A DNA stretch of 64,000 bases, taken from positions 434,001-498,000 of the forward strand of contig OZ025710.1 of NCBI GenBank assembly GCA_964019335.1, written 5' to 3'. Of this stretch, positions 12,561 to 24,393 are shown one piece after another. The notes beneath the pieces are model-generated. The model saw only the letters and a program-made list of their open reading frames with translations, had not been told where the DNA came from and did not search any database. A program made the translations under genes and the position numbers. How positions within the stretch are numbered: position 1 is the first letter of the stretch; each line of letters starts with the position of its first letter. The DNA is from Diplonema japonicum (taxonomy: Eukaryota > Protista > Euglenozoa: Diplonemea).

Positions 12561-12787
12561 TGGCGCTGGTCTGAAGAATGGCTTCACACCTATGCTTACC
12601 CCCCCCCCCCTCCCCTACCCCCACCTCCTCGTTCCTTCCCTTCCCCTCCCCTGGCAGCGCGCATTTCGTCAACCACACGCTGCGTGCCGCTTTTTTTACT
12701 TTTCTTTTTTTTTTTGTTGTACCAAATAAGCAAAATCCTCACACAAAAGCACATATACAACAACAACAACAACAACAAAAAAGAAAA

Positions 12788-14329
12788 ATGAAAATGACCG
12801 CCCCAAGAGCGGTGGTGTTGCTGGCACTGGCAGCATCGTGCAAGGCGATGACAAGGGAGGAGGTCCTCGACTTTGTCATCGAAAACAAGTGCACCGAACC
12901 CAAAGGTGTGCTCGACCCCGCCTCGCCCCTATGCACCAAGTCTGAGAACATCGCAGCAGGGGACCCAGTGTTCTACTTGAGGACCGACCGCCTTAACGCG
13001 CAGGCGATGCACTCGTTTCTCAGCCAGAACTACAAAGGTGACGACCGCATCGTGTCGACCATGGAGTTCGGGAATGTGGGCACGACTACCGAGACCTACC
13101 AGTCCTTCCACGAAATGACCTACAATAGAATGATATCCGGCAAAGAGTACTGGTACAGAGACGGTGGGAACTTCATGGAGATCGAGGGCACGCACTCATC
13201 CTACGTCGGGACTCAGGACCCCAACTACCCGCAGAGGTTTTGCGGGAGCCCGGTAGAGACCCCAACAGGTTCCCAATGCTCCTGCACGGACGATGCTTGG
13301 CTCCTGTTCCCGAACAACATCGTGAAGGAGGCGCCGCCGGTGGCGGATATCAACTGGCAGAACATCGTGTCCGACAGTAACCCTACGCCATGCGGCACCG
13401 GGAAGACACAGACCGTAACCACCTCCTATCTCGGGCCGGTTCAATACCTCGGTTACAAAAAGCCTCTCGACACCATTGTGTCCTCGCACAAAGTAGGAAC
13501 TACGAAGGCTGCGATAGAGAGGCAATTTTATACAAAGGAGTACGGGCACACGAAGTGGGAGGCGTGGTGCAAGGACGAGTCACCGAACTCGGGATGCGAG
13601 GCGAAAGCTTTAACCTCTTGGTGTTCGGGCCCCGACACGGAAGGTGAATGGAAGAGGTACGACTGCAGGGAATGGACGAACATCAGGTCCCTTCCTGAAG
13701 AGAAGCAAGGCATTGGGTACAACCTCCGTTCCATCAACTTCGAGCTACCGCCCCATCTGTGGGACGCGCCTGACTTTTTGATCAGCGCAATGGGGAATGT
13801 TGTCATCAACGGCGATGGAGGGATCGGCACCATGCAGTACTGGAGTGTGCAGAACAATCCCAACTCGAACTCTGTGCAAGTTGTGGACATGCCGCACGTT
13901 TACAACTCGACAGGTGAAGCGTCCTTGACGGACCACAACACAGTGTTCAAGTTCACGGATGTTGGTGGGGCGTACACCTTCGGGCCCACGTCTCTTGCAT
14001 CCATGCGTCCATTATTATGGCAACAGCCATCGCTCAAAATCACTTTCGGTTTCGATGTGAAGCTTGCGTCGTCGGACTCCACCACAGGCGTAATCCTCAA
14101 TTACGCAGTGGACGTCTATAAAAATGGATTGCCGACGACCCTCGGAACAGGGAACATTCAATGTGTGGTGGGTGTCAGCCCCAACTGGCAGAGGTGCAGC
14201 CACTCATACACCTTTTCTCTCCCGTCTTGGCAAAAGGGCGACACCTACGGACTTGCCTTGTACATACAGAAGACTACCGCTTCTGGTGAATTCTATGTTG
14301 ATGACATCTTTGTTCAACCTGTTGTTTAG
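12788..14329 (+). CDS. Secreted 513-aa protein: Cys-rich N-domain plus putative carbohydrate-binding beta-sandwich C-domain (copy 1)
   Basis: Signal peptide (RAVVLLALAASCKA). C-domain GNVVINGDG...W...WQRCSHSY...FYVDDIFV resembles CBM4/9 / galactose-binding folds. The track's upstream extension to 12578 is low-complexity leader. Confidence 0.85.
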   Translation: MKMTAPRAVVLLALAASCKAMTREEVLDFVIENKCTEPKGVLDPASPLCTKSENIAAGDPVFYLRTDRLNAQAMHSFLSQNYKGDDRIVSTMEFGNVGTTTETYQSFHEMTYNRMISGKEYWYRDGGNFMEIEGTHSSYVGTQDPNYPQRFCGSPVETPTGSQCSCTDDAWLLFPNNIVKEAPPVADINWQNIVSDSNPTPCGTGKTQTVTTSYLGPVQYLGYKKPLDTIVSSHKVGTTKAAIERQFYTKEYGHTKWEAWCKDESPNSGCEAKALTSWCSGPDTEGEWKRYDCREWTNIRSLPEEKQGIGYNLRSINFELPPHLWDAPDFLISAMGNVVINGDGGIGTMQYWSVQNNPNSNSVQVVDMPHVYNSTGEASLTDHNTVFKFTDVGGAYTFGPTSLASMRPLLWQQPSLKITFGFDVKLASSDSTTGVILNYAVDVYKNGLPTTLGTGNIQCVVGVSPNWQRCSHSYTFSLPSWQKGDTYGLALYIQKTTASGEFYVDDIFVQPVV

Positions 14330-14538
14330 AAAAAAACAGAAATTTCTGTTTCTTTTCTGGTGAGCGGAAGAAAAGGAAGGGAAAACGAGTGAAATTGGCC
14401 TCCTGGAACTGAAAATAATTTGGAACCAGGAGCCAAGAAAATCCTCTTTTTTTTTCTCCTATACTTCTTAATCTTCTTCTTTTTCCCTCGACCTGTTTCC
14501 CTCTATTTCTACCACACCCACATTTATTTATAACTATT

Positions 14539-15004
14539 GGCCCGCAGGGCCCGAGTGCAAAAAAACGGGTAACGAGAGTTAAATAATGGCTCATTTGGCG
14601 GCAAGTAAGTCGTTTTATTTCACTCTTCGTCATTTGAGTCACTCACTCTTCACTGCTTTCACTGCTGTTTTTTTTCACGCAGGTCAGCCTTTTTGGGGAG
14701 TTTCCTAAGGTAATATGGGGTTGCTATTTCGCCGTAGCATTTAAAGGGGAAGTAAGGCACTTATTCCCACTTTTAAGGGCTGGAATGGCCTCAGATGGCC
14801 AAAAATAGTCAAAATACGCCCACCCCAAAAAAATTTTTCAAGGGGTTGGGTGCATTTTTTTCCACGGCGAGACTCATTTTTCCACTCTGAAGGGCCATTA
14901 TTTAACTGCAAAATCTCATTATTTAACTAGTTAAATAATGGCCATTTCGCGTTAAATAATGAGGCCCCTAGTGAGTGAAGAAAATGACGAAGAGTGAAAT
15001 AAAA
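14539..15004. mobile_element. 5'-truncated copy of a palindromic non-autonomous element (also at 17055-17520, 19571-20036, 22087-22552, 24603-25068, 27119-27584)
   Basis: Near-identical to 30794..31258. Internal ~35-bp imperfect inverted repeat: ttttatttcactcttcgtcattt (from 14613) / aaatgacgaagagtgaaataaaa (to 15004). Confidence 0.75.
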
Positions 15005-15303
15005 TTATATATAATTTTTTTCACTTGAATTCAATTTTTTTCCTTTAAACCTTAATGACTTTTCGTCGGGGCATGAAAACCTTCACGGGATAGAAGAAAC
15101 ACTCCTGCTGCAGGTTGGCTCCCTTCAAATTTTTATTATAGTTGCTTGTACGCCAGGCGGTTTATAAGCAACCAAAGTCATTCTTCTATTTATTATTATT
15201 ATTATAAGCCATAAAAACAAGCATCCCCCACCCACAAAAGCACACACACACAAACACACAAAGAAAAAAAAAAAGAAAAAAACAAAGAAAGAAACAAAGA
15301 AAA

Positions 15304-16845
15304 ATGAAAATGACCGCCCCAAGAGCGGTGGTGTTGCTGGCACTGGCAGCATCGTGCAAGGCGATGACAAGGGAGGAGGTCCTCGACTTTGTCATCGAAA
15401 ACAAGTGCACCGAACCCAAAGGTGTGCTCGACCCCGCCTCGCCCCTATGCACCAAGTCTGAGAACATCGCAGCAGGGGACCCAGTGTTCTACTTGAGGAC
15501 CGACCGCCTTAACGCGCAGGCGATGCACTCGTTTCTCAGCCAGAACTACAAAGGTGACGACCGCATCGTGTCGACCATGGAGTTCGGGAATGTGGGCACG
15601 ACTACCGAGACCTACCAGTCCTTCCACGAAATGACCTACAATAGAATGATATCCGGCAAAGAGTACTGGTACAGAGACGGTGGGAACTTCATGGAGATCG
15701 AGGGCACGCACTCATCCTACGTCGGGACTCAGGACCCCAACTACCCGCAGAGGTTTTGCGGGAGCCCGGTAGAGACCCCAACAGGTTCCCAATGCTCCTG
15801 CACGGACGATGCTTGGCTCCTGTTCCCGAACAACATCGTGAAGGAGGCGCCGCCGGTGGCGGATATCAACTGGCAGAACATCGTGTCCGACAGTAACCCT
15901 ACGCCATGCGGCACCGGGAAGACACAGACCGTAACCACCTCCTATCTCGGGCCGGTTCAATACCTCGGTTACAAAAAGCCTCTCGACACCATTGTGTCCT
16001 CGCACAAAGTAGGAACTACGAAGGCTGCGATAGAGAGGCAATTTTATACAAAGGAGTACGGGCACACGAAGTGGGAGGCGTGGTGCAAGGACGAGTCACC
16101 GAACTCGGGATGCGAGGCGAAAGCTTTAACCTCTTGGTGTTCGGGCCCCGACACGGAAGGTGAATGGAAGAGGTACGACTGCAGGGAATGGACGAACATC
16201 AGGTCCCTTCCTGAAGAGAAGCAAGGCATTGGGTACAACCTCCGTTCCATCAACTTCGAGCTACCGCCCCATCTGTGGGACGCGCCTGACTTTTTGATCA
16301 GCGCAATGGGGAATGTTGTCATCAACGGCGATGGAGGGATCGGCACCATGCAGTACTGGAGTGTGCAGAACAATCCCAACTCGAACTCTGTGCAAGTTGT
16401 GGACATGCCGCACGTTTACAACTCGACAGGTGAAGCGTCCTTGACGGACCACAACACAGTGTTCAAGTTCACGGATGTTGGTGGGGCGTACACCTTCGGG
16501 CCCACGTCTCTTGCATCCATGCGTCCATTATTATGGCAACAGCCATCGCTCAAAATCACTTTCGGTTTCGATGTGAAGCTTGCGTCGTCGGACTCCACCA
16601 CAGGCGTAATCCTCAATTACGCAGTGGACGTCTATAAAAATGGATTGCCGACGACCCTCGGAACAGGGAACATTCAATGTGTGGTGGGTGTCAGCCCCAA
16701 CTGGCAGAGGTGCAGCCACTCATACACCTTTTCTCTCCCGTCTTGGCAAAAGGGCGACACCTACGGACTTGCCTTGTACATACAGAAGACTACCGCTTCT
16801 GGTGAATTCTATGTTGATGACATCTTTGTTCAACCTGTTGTTTAG
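15304..16845 (+). CDS. Secreted 513-aa protein (copy 2)
   Basis: Translation identical to copy 1. Confidence 0.85.
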   Translation: MKMTAPRAVVLLALAASCKAMTREEVLDFVIENKCTEPKGVLDPASPLCTKSENIAAGDPVFYLRTDRLNAQAMHSFLSQNYKGDDRIVSTMEFGNVGTTTETYQSFHEMTYNRMISGKEYWYRDGGNFMEIEGTHSSYVGTQDPNYPQRFCGSPVETPTGSQCSCTDDAWLLFPNNIVKEAPPVADINWQNIVSDSNPTPCGTGKTQTVTTSYLGPVQYLGYKKPLDTIVSSHKVGTTKAAIERQFYTKEYGHTKWEAWCKDESPNSGCEAKALTSWCSGPDTEGEWKRYDCREWTNIRSLPEEKQGIGYNLRSINFELPPHLWDAPDFLISAMGNVVINGDGGIGTMQYWSVQNNPNSNSVQVVDMPHVYNSTGEASLTDHNTVFKFTDVGGAYTFGPTSLASMRPLLWQQPSLKITFGFDVKLASSDSTTGVILNYAVDVYKNGLPTTLGTGNIQCVVGVSPNWQRCSHSYTFSLPSWQKGDTYGLALYIQKTTASGEFYVDDIFVQPVV

Positions 16846-17819
16846 AAAAAAACAGAAATTTCTGTTTCTTTTCTGGTGAGCGGAAGAAAAGGAAGGGAAA
16901 ACGAGTGAAATTGGCCTCCTGGAACTGAAAATAATTTGGAACCAGGAGCCAAGAAAATCCTCTTTTTTTTTCTCCTATACTTCTTAATCTTCTTCTTTTT
17001 CCCTCGACCTGTTTCCCTCTATTTCTACCACACCCACATTTATTTATAACTATTGGCCCGCAGGGCCCGAGTGCAAAAAAACGGGTAACGAGAGTTAAAT
17101 AATGGCTCATTTGGCGGCAAGTAAGTCGTTTTATTTCACTCTTCGTCATTTGAGTCACTCACTCTTCACTGCTTTCACTGCTGTTTTTTTTCACGCAGGT
17201 CAGCCTTTTTGGGGAGTTTCCTAAGGTAATATGGGGTTGCTATTTCGCCGTGGCATTTAAAGGGGAAGTAAGGCACTTATTCCCACTTTTAAGGGCTGGA
17301 ATGGCCTCAGATGGCCAAAAATAGTCAAAATACGCCCACCCCAAAAAAATTTTTCAAGGGGTTGGGTGCATTTTTTTCCACGGCGAGACTCATTTTTCCA
17401 CTCTGAAGGGCCATTATTTAACTGCAAAATCTCATTATTTAACTAGTTAAATAATGGCCATTTCGCGTTAAATAATGAGGCCCCTAGTGAGTGAAGAAAA
17501 TGACGAAGAGTGAAATAAAATTATATATAATTTTTTTCACTTGAATTCAATTTTTTTCCTTTAAACCTTAATGACTTTTCGTCGGGGCATGAAAACCTTC
17601 ACGGGATAGAAGAAACACTCCTGCTGCAGGTTGGCTCCCTTCAAATTTTTATTATAGTTGCTTGTACGCCAGGCGGTTTATAAGCAACCAAAGTCATTCT
17701 TCTATTTATTATTATTATTATAAGCCATAAAAACAAGCATCCCCCACCCACAAAAGCACACACACACAAACACACAAAGAAAAAAAAAAAGAAAAAAACA
17801 AAGAAAGAAACAAAGAAAA

Positions 17820-19361
17820 ATGAAAATGACCGCCCCAAGAGCGGTGGTGTTGCTGGCACTGGCAGCATCGTGCAAGGCGATGACAAGGGAGGAGGTCCTC
17901 GACTTTGTCATCGAAAACAAGTGCACCGAACCCAAAGGTGTGCTCGACCCCGCCTCGCCCCTATGCACCAAGTCTGAGAACATCGCAGCAGGGGACCCAG
18001 TGTTCTACTTGAGGACCGACCGCCTTAACGCGCAGGCGATGCACTCGTTTCTCAGCCAGAACTACAAAGGTGACGACCGCATCGTGTCGACCATGGAGTT
18101 CGGGAATGTGGGCACGACTACCGAGACCTACCAGTCCTTCCACGAAATGACCTACAATAGAATGATATCCGGCAAAGAGTACTGGTACAGAGACGGTGGG
18201 AACTTCATGGAGATCGAGGGCACGCACTCATCCTACGTCGGGACTCAGGACCCCAACTACCCGCAGAGGTTTTGCGGGAGCCCGGTAGAGACCCCAACAG
18301 GTTCCCAATGCTCCTGCACGGACGATGCTTGGCTCCTGTTCCCGAACAACATCGTGAAGGAGGCGCCGCCGGTGGCGGATATCAACTGGCAGAACATCGT
18401 GTCCGACAGTAACCCTACGCCATGCGGCACCGGGAAGACACAGACCGTAACCACCTCCTATCTCGGGCCGGTTCAATACCTCGGTTACAAAAAGCCTCTC
18501 GACACCATTGTGTCCTCGCACAAAGTAGGAACTACGAAGGCTGCGATAGAGAGGCAATTTTATACAAAGGAGTACGGGCACACGAAGTGGGAGGCGTGGT
18601 GCAAGGACGAGTCACCGAACTCGGGATGCGAGGCGAAAGCTTTAACCTCTTGGTGTTCGGGCCCCGACACGGAAGGTGAATGGAAGAGGTACGACTGCAG
18701 GGAATGGACGAACATCAGGTCCCTTCCTGAAGAGAAGCAAGGCATTGGGTACAACCTCCGTTCCATCAACTTCGAGCTACCGCCCCATCTGTGGGACGCG
18801 CCTGACTTTTTGATCAGCGCAATGGGGAATGTTGTCATCAACGGCGATGGAGGGATCGGCACCATGCAGTACTGGAGTGTGCAGAACAATCCCAACTCGA
18901 ACTCTGTGCAAGTTGTGGACATGCCGCACGTTTACAACTCGACAGGTGAAGCGTCCTTGACGGACCACAACACAGTGTTCAAGTTCACGGATGTTGGTGG
19001 GGCGTACACCTTCGGGCCCACGTCTCTTGCATCCATGCGTCCATTATTATGGCAACAGCCATCGCTCAAAATCACTTTCGGTTTCGATGTGAAGCTTGCG
19101 TCGTCGGACTCCACCACAGGCGTAATCCTCAATTACGCAGTGGACGTCTATAAAAATGGATTGCCGACGACCCTCGGAACAGGGAACATTCAATGTGTGG
19201 TGGGTGTCAGCCCCAACTGGCAGAGGTGCAGCCACTCATACACCTTTTCTCTCCCGTCTTGGCAAAAGGGCGACACCTACGGACTTGCCTTGTACATACA
19301 GAAGACTACCGCTTCTGGTGAATTCTATGTTGATGACATCTTTGTTCAACCTGTTGTTTAG
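17820..19361 (+). CDS. Secreted 513-aa protein (copy 3)
   Basis: Translation identical to copy 1. Confidence 0.85.
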   Translation: MKMTAPRAVVLLALAASCKAMTREEVLDFVIENKCTEPKGVLDPASPLCTKSENIAAGDPVFYLRTDRLNAQAMHSFLSQNYKGDDRIVSTMEFGNVGTTTETYQSFHEMTYNRMISGKEYWYRDGGNFMEIEGTHSSYVGTQDPNYPQRFCGSPVETPTGSQCSCTDDAWLLFPNNIVKEAPPVADINWQNIVSDSNPTPCGTGKTQTVTTSYLGPVQYLGYKKPLDTIVSSHKVGTTKAAIERQFYTKEYGHTKWEAWCKDESPNSGCEAKALTSWCSGPDTEGEWKRYDCREWTNIRSLPEEKQGIGYNLRSINFELPPHLWDAPDFLISAMGNVVINGDGGIGTMQYWSVQNNPNSNSVQVVDMPHVYNSTGEASLTDHNTVFKFTDVGGAYTFGPTSLASMRPLLWQQPSLKITFGFDVKLASSDSTTGVILNYAVDVYKNGLPTTLGTGNIQCVVGVSPNWQRCSHSYTFSLPSWQKGDTYGLALYIQKTTASGEFYVDDIFVQPVV

Positions 19362-20335
19362 AAAAAAACAGAAATTTCTGTTTCTTTTCTGGTGAGCGGA
19401 AGAAAAGGAAGGGAAAACGAGTGAAATTGGCCTCCTGGAACTGAAAATAATTTGGAACCAGGAGCCAAGAAAATCCTCTTTTTTTTTCTCCTATACTTCT
19501 TAATCTTCTTCTTTTTCCCTCGACCTGTTTCCCTCTATTTCTACCACACCCACATTTATTTATAACTATTGGCCCGCAGGGCCCGAGTGCAAAAAAACGG
19601 GTAACGAGAGTTAAATAATGGCTCATTTGGCGGCAAGTAAGTCGTTTTATTTCACTCTTCGTCATTTGAGTCACTCACTCTTCACTGCTTTCACTGCTGT
19701 TTTTTTTCACGCAGGTCAGCCTTTTTGGGGAGTTTCCTAAGGTAATATGGGGTTGCTATTTCGCCGTGGCATTTAAAGGGGAAGTAAGGCACTTATTCCC
19801 ACTTTTAAGGGCTGGAATGGCCTCAGATGGCCAAAAATAGTCAAAATACGCCCACCCCAAAAAAATTTTTCAAGGGGTTGGGTGCATTTTTTTCCACGGC
19901 GAGACTCATTTTTCCACTCTGAAGGGCCATTATTTAACTGCAAAATCTCATTATTTAACTAGTTAAATAATGGCCATTTCGCGTTAAATAATGAGGCCCC
20001 TAGTGAGTGAAGAAAATGACGAAGAGTGAAATAAAATTATATATAATTTTTTTCACTTGAATTCAATTTTTTTCCTTTAAACCTTAATGACTTTTCGTCG
20101 GGGCATGAAAACCTTCACGGGATAGAAGAAACACTCCTGCTGCAGGTTGGCTCCCTTCAAATTTTTATTATAGTTGCTTGTACGCCAGGCGGTTTATAAG
20201 CAACCAAAGTCATTCTTCTATTTATTATTATTATTATAAGCCATAAAAACAAGCATCCCCCACCCACAAAAGCACACACACACAAACACACAAAGAAAAA
20301 AAAAAAGAAAAAAACAAAGAAAGAAACAAAGAAAA

Positions 20336-21877
20336 ATGAAAATGACCGCCCCAAGAGCGGTGGTGTTGCTGGCACTGGCAGCATCGTGCAAGGCGATGAC
20401 AAGGGAGGAGGTCCTCGACTTTGTCATCGAAAACAAGTGCACCGAACCCAAAGGTGTGCTCGACCCCGCCTCGCCCCTATGCACCAAGTCTGAGAACATC
20501 GCAGCAGGGGACCCAGTGTTCTACTTGAGGACCGACCGCCTTAACGCGCAGGCGATGCACTCGTTTCTCAGCCAGAACTACAAAGGTGACGACCGCATCG
20601 TGTCGACCATGGAGTTCGGGAATGTGGGCACGACTACCGAGACCTACCAGTCCTTCCACGAAATGACCTACAATAGAATGATATCCGGCAAAGAGTACTG
20701 GTACAGAGACGGTGGGAACTTCATGGAGATCGAGGGCACGCACTCATCCTACGTCGGGACTCAGGACCCCAACTACCCGCAGAGGTTTTGCGGGAGCCCG
20801 GTAGAGACCCCAACAGGTTCCCAATGCTCCTGCACGGACGATGCTTGGCTCCTGTTCCCGAACAACATCGTGAAGGAGGCGCCGCCGGTGGCGGATATCA
20901 ACTGGCAGAACATCGTGTCCGACAGTAACCCTACGCCATGCGGCACCGGGAAGACACAGACCGTAACCACCTCCTATCTCGGGCCGGTTCAATACCTCGG
21001 TTACAAAAAGCCTCTCGACACCATTGTGTCCTCGCACAAAGTAGGAACTACGAAGGCTGCGATAGAGAGGCAATTTTATACAAAGGAGTACGGGCACACG
21101 AAGTGGGAGGCGTGGTGCAAGGACGAGTCACCGAACTCGGGATGCGAGGCGAAAGCTTTAACCTCTTGGTGTTCGGGCCCCGACACGGAAGGTGAATGGA
21201 AGAGGTACGACTGCAGGGAATGGACGAACATCAGGTCCCTTCCTGAAGAGAAGCAAGGCATTGGGTACAACCTCCGTTCCATCAACTTCGAGCTACCGCC
21301 CCATCTGTGGGACGCGCCTGACTTTTTGATCAGCGCAATGGGGAATGTTGTCATCAACGGCGATGGAGGGATCGGCACCATGCAGTACTGGAGTGTGCAG
21401 AACAATCCCAACTCGAACTCTGTGCAAGTTGTGGACATGCCGCACGTTTACAACTCGACAGGTGAAGCGTCCTTGACGGACCACAACACAGTGTTCAAGT
21501 TCACGGATGTTGGTGGGGCGTACACCTTCGGGCCCACGTCTCTTGCATCCATGCGTCCATTATTATGGCAACAGCCATCGCTCAAAATCACTTTCGGTTT
21601 CGATGTGAAGCTTGCGTCGTCGGACTCCACCACAGGCGTAATCCTCAATTACGCAGTGGACGTCTATAAAAATGGATTGCCGACGACCCTCGGAACAGGG
21701 AACATTCAATGTGTGGTGGGTGTCAGCCCCAACTGGCAGAGGTGCAGCCACTCATACACCTTTTCTCTCCCGTCTTGGCAAAAGGGCGACACCTACGGAC
21801 TTGCCTTGTACATACAGAAGACTACCGCTTCTGGTGAATTCTATGTTGATGACATCTTTGTTCAACCTGTTGTTTAG
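20336..21877 (+). CDS. Secreted 513-aa protein (copy 4)
   Basis: Translation identical to copy 1. Confidence 0.85.
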   Translation: MKMTAPRAVVLLALAASCKAMTREEVLDFVIENKCTEPKGVLDPASPLCTKSENIAAGDPVFYLRTDRLNAQAMHSFLSQNYKGDDRIVSTMEFGNVGTTTETYQSFHEMTYNRMISGKEYWYRDGGNFMEIEGTHSSYVGTQDPNYPQRFCGSPVETPTGSQCSCTDDAWLLFPNNIVKEAPPVADINWQNIVSDSNPTPCGTGKTQTVTTSYLGPVQYLGYKKPLDTIVSSHKVGTTKAAIERQFYTKEYGHTKWEAWCKDESPNSGCEAKALTSWCSGPDTEGEWKRYDCREWTNIRSLPEEKQGIGYNLRSINFELPPHLWDAPDFLISAMGNVVINGDGGIGTMQYWSVQNNPNSNSVQVVDMPHVYNSTGEASLTDHNTVFKFTDVGGAYTFGPTSLASMRPLLWQQPSLKITFGFDVKLASSDSTTGVILNYAVDVYKNGLPTTLGTGNIQCVVGVSPNWQRCSHSYTFSLPSWQKGDTYGLALYIQKTTASGEFYVDDIFVQPVV

Positions 21878-22851
21878 AAAAAAACAGAAATTTCTGTTTC
21901 TTTTCTGGTGAGCGGAAGAAAAGGAAGGGAAAACGAGTGAAATTGGCCTCCTGGAACTGAAAATAATTTGGAACCAGGAGCCAAGAAAATCCTCTTTTTT
22001 TTTCTCCTATACTTCTTAATCTTCTTCTTTTTCCCTCGACCTGTTTCCCTCTATTTCTACCACACCCACATTTATTTATAACTATTGGCCCGCAGGGCCC
22101 GAGTGCAAAAAAACGGGTAACGAGAGTTAAATAATGGCTCATTTGGCGGCAAGTAAGTCGTTTTATTTCACTCTTCGTCATTTGAGTCACTCACTCTTCA
22201 CTGCTTTCACTGCTGTTTTTTTTCACGCAGGTCAGCCTTTTTGGGGAGTTTCCTAAGGTAATATGGGGTTGCTATTTCGCCGTGGCATTTAAAGGGGAAG
22301 TAAGGCACTTATTCCCACTTTTAAGGGCTGGAATGGCCTCAGATGGCCAAAAATAGTCAAAATACGCCCACCCCAAAAAAATTTTTCAAGGGGTTGGGTG
22401 CATTTTTTTCCACGGCGAGACTCATTTTTCCACTCTGAAGGGCCATTATTTAACTGCAAAATCTCATTATTTAACTAGTTAAATAATGGCCATTTCGCGT
22501 TAAATAATGAGGCCCCTAGTGAGTGAAGAAAATGACGAAGAGTGAAATAAAATTATATATAATTTTTTTCACTTGAATTCAATTTTTTTCCTTTAAACCT
22601 TAATGACTTTTCGTCGGGGCATGAAAACCTTCACGGGATAGAAGAAACACTCCTGCTGCAGGTTGGCTCCCTTCAAATTTTTATTATAGTTGCTTGTACG
22701 CCAGGCGGTTTATAAGCAACCAAAGTCATTCTTCTATTTATTATTATTATTATAAGCCATAAAAACAAGCATCCCCCACCCACAAAAGCACACACACACA
22801 AACACACAAAGAAAAAAAAAAAGAAAAAAACAAAGAAAGAAACAAAGAAAA

Positions 22852-24393
22852 ATGAAAATGACCGCCCCAAGAGCGGTGGTGTTGCTGGCACTGGCAGCAT
22901 CGTGCAAGGCGATGACAAGGGAGGAGGTCCTCGACTTTGTCATCGAAAACAAGTGCACCGAACCCAAAGGTGTGCTCGACCCCGCCTCGCCCCTATGCAC
23001 CAAGTCTGAGAACATCGCAGCAGGGGACCCAGTGTTCTACTTGAGGACCGACCGCCTTAACGCGCAGGCGATGCACTCGTTTCTCAGCCAGAACTACAAA
23101 GGTGACGACCGCATCGTGTCGACCATGGAGTTCGGGAATGTGGGCACGACTACCGAGACCTACCAGTCCTTCCACGAAATGACCTACAATAGAATGATAT
23201 CCGGCAAAGAGTACTGGTACAGAGACGGTGGGAACTTCATGGAGATCGAGGGCACGCACTCATCCTACGTCGGGACTCAGGACCCCAACTACCCGCAGAG
23301 GTTTTGCGGGAGCCCGGTAGAGACCCCAACAGGTTCCCAATGCTCCTGCACGGACGATGCTTGGCTCCTGTTCCCGAACAACATCGTGAAGGAGGCGCCG
23401 CCGGTGGCGGATATCAACTGGCAGAACATCGTGTCCGACAGTAACCCTACGCCATGCGGCACCGGGAAGACACAGACCGTAACCACCTCCTATCTCGGGC
23501 CGGTTCAATACCTCGGTTACAAAAAGCCTCTCGACACCATTGTGTCCTCGCACAAAGTAGGAACTACGAAGGCTGCGATAGAGAGGCAATTTTATACAAA
23601 GGAGTACGGGCACACGAAGTGGGAGGCGTGGTGCAAGGACGAGTCACCGAACTCGGGATGCGAGGCGAAAGCTTTAACCTCTTGGTGTTCGGGCCCCGAC
23701 ACGGAAGGTGAATGGAAGAGGTACGACTGCAGGGAATGGACGAACATCAGGTCCCTTCCTGAAGAGAAGCAAGGCATTGGGTACAACCTCCGTTCCATCA
23801 ACTTCGAGCTACCGCCCCATCTGTGGGACGCGCCTGACTTTTTGATCAGCGCAATGGGGAATGTTGTCATCAACGGCGATGGAGGGATCGGCACCATGCA
23901 GTACTGGAGTGTGCAGAACAATCCCAACTCGAACTCTGTGCAAGTTGTGGACATGCCGCACGTTTACAACTCGACAGGTGAAGCGTCCTTGACGGACCAC
24001 AACACAGTGTTCAAGTTCACGGATGTTGGTGGGGCGTACACCTTCGGGCCCACGTCTCTTGCATCCATGCGTCCATTATTATGGCAACAGCCATCGCTCA
24101 AAATCACTTTCGGTTTCGATGTGAAGCTTGCGTCGTCGGACTCCACCACAGGCGTAATCCTCAATTACGCAGTGGACGTCTATAAAAATGGATTGCCGAC
24201 GACCCTCGGAACAGGGAACATTCAATGTGTGGTGGGTGTCAGCCCCAACTGGCAGAGGTGCAGCCACTCATACACCTTTTCTCTCCCGTCTTGGCAAAAG
24301 GGCGACACCTACGGACTTGCCTTGTACATACAGAAGACTACCGCTTCTGGTGAATTCTATGTTGATGACATCTTTGTTCAACCTGTTGTTTAG
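22852..24393 (+). CDS. Secreted 513-aa protein (copy 5)
   Basis: Translation identical to copy 1. Confidence 0.85.
   Translation: MKMTAPRAVVLLALAASCKAMTREEVLDFVIENKCTEPKGVLDPASPLCTKSENIAAGDPVFYLRTDRLNAQAMHSFLSQNYKGDDRIVSTMEFGNVGTTTETYQSFHEMTYNRMISGKEYWYRDGGNFMEIEGTHSSYVGTQDPNYPQRFCGSPVETPTGSQCSCTDDAWLLFPNNIVKEAPPVADINWQNIVSDSNPTPCGTGKTQTVTTSYLGPVQYLGYKKPLDTIVSSHKVGTTKAAIERQFYTKEYGHTKWEAWCKDESPNSGCEAKALTSWCSGPDTEGEWKRYDCREWTNIRSLPEEKQGIGYNLRSINFELPPHLWDAPDFLISAMGNVVINGDGGIGTMQYWSVQNNPNSNSVQVVDMPHVYNSTGEASLTDHNTVFKFTDVGGAYTFGPTSLASMRPLLWQQPSLKITFGFDVKLASSDSTTGVILNYAVDVYKNGLPTTLGTGNIQCVVGVSPNWQRCSHSYTFSLPSWQKGDTYGLALYIQKTTASGEFYVDDIFVQPVV

Noticed and set aside
3779-12791. Dozens of short ORFs rich in Lys, Phe or Pro
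   Set aside because: They are translations of homopolymer runs with no coding-like composition.
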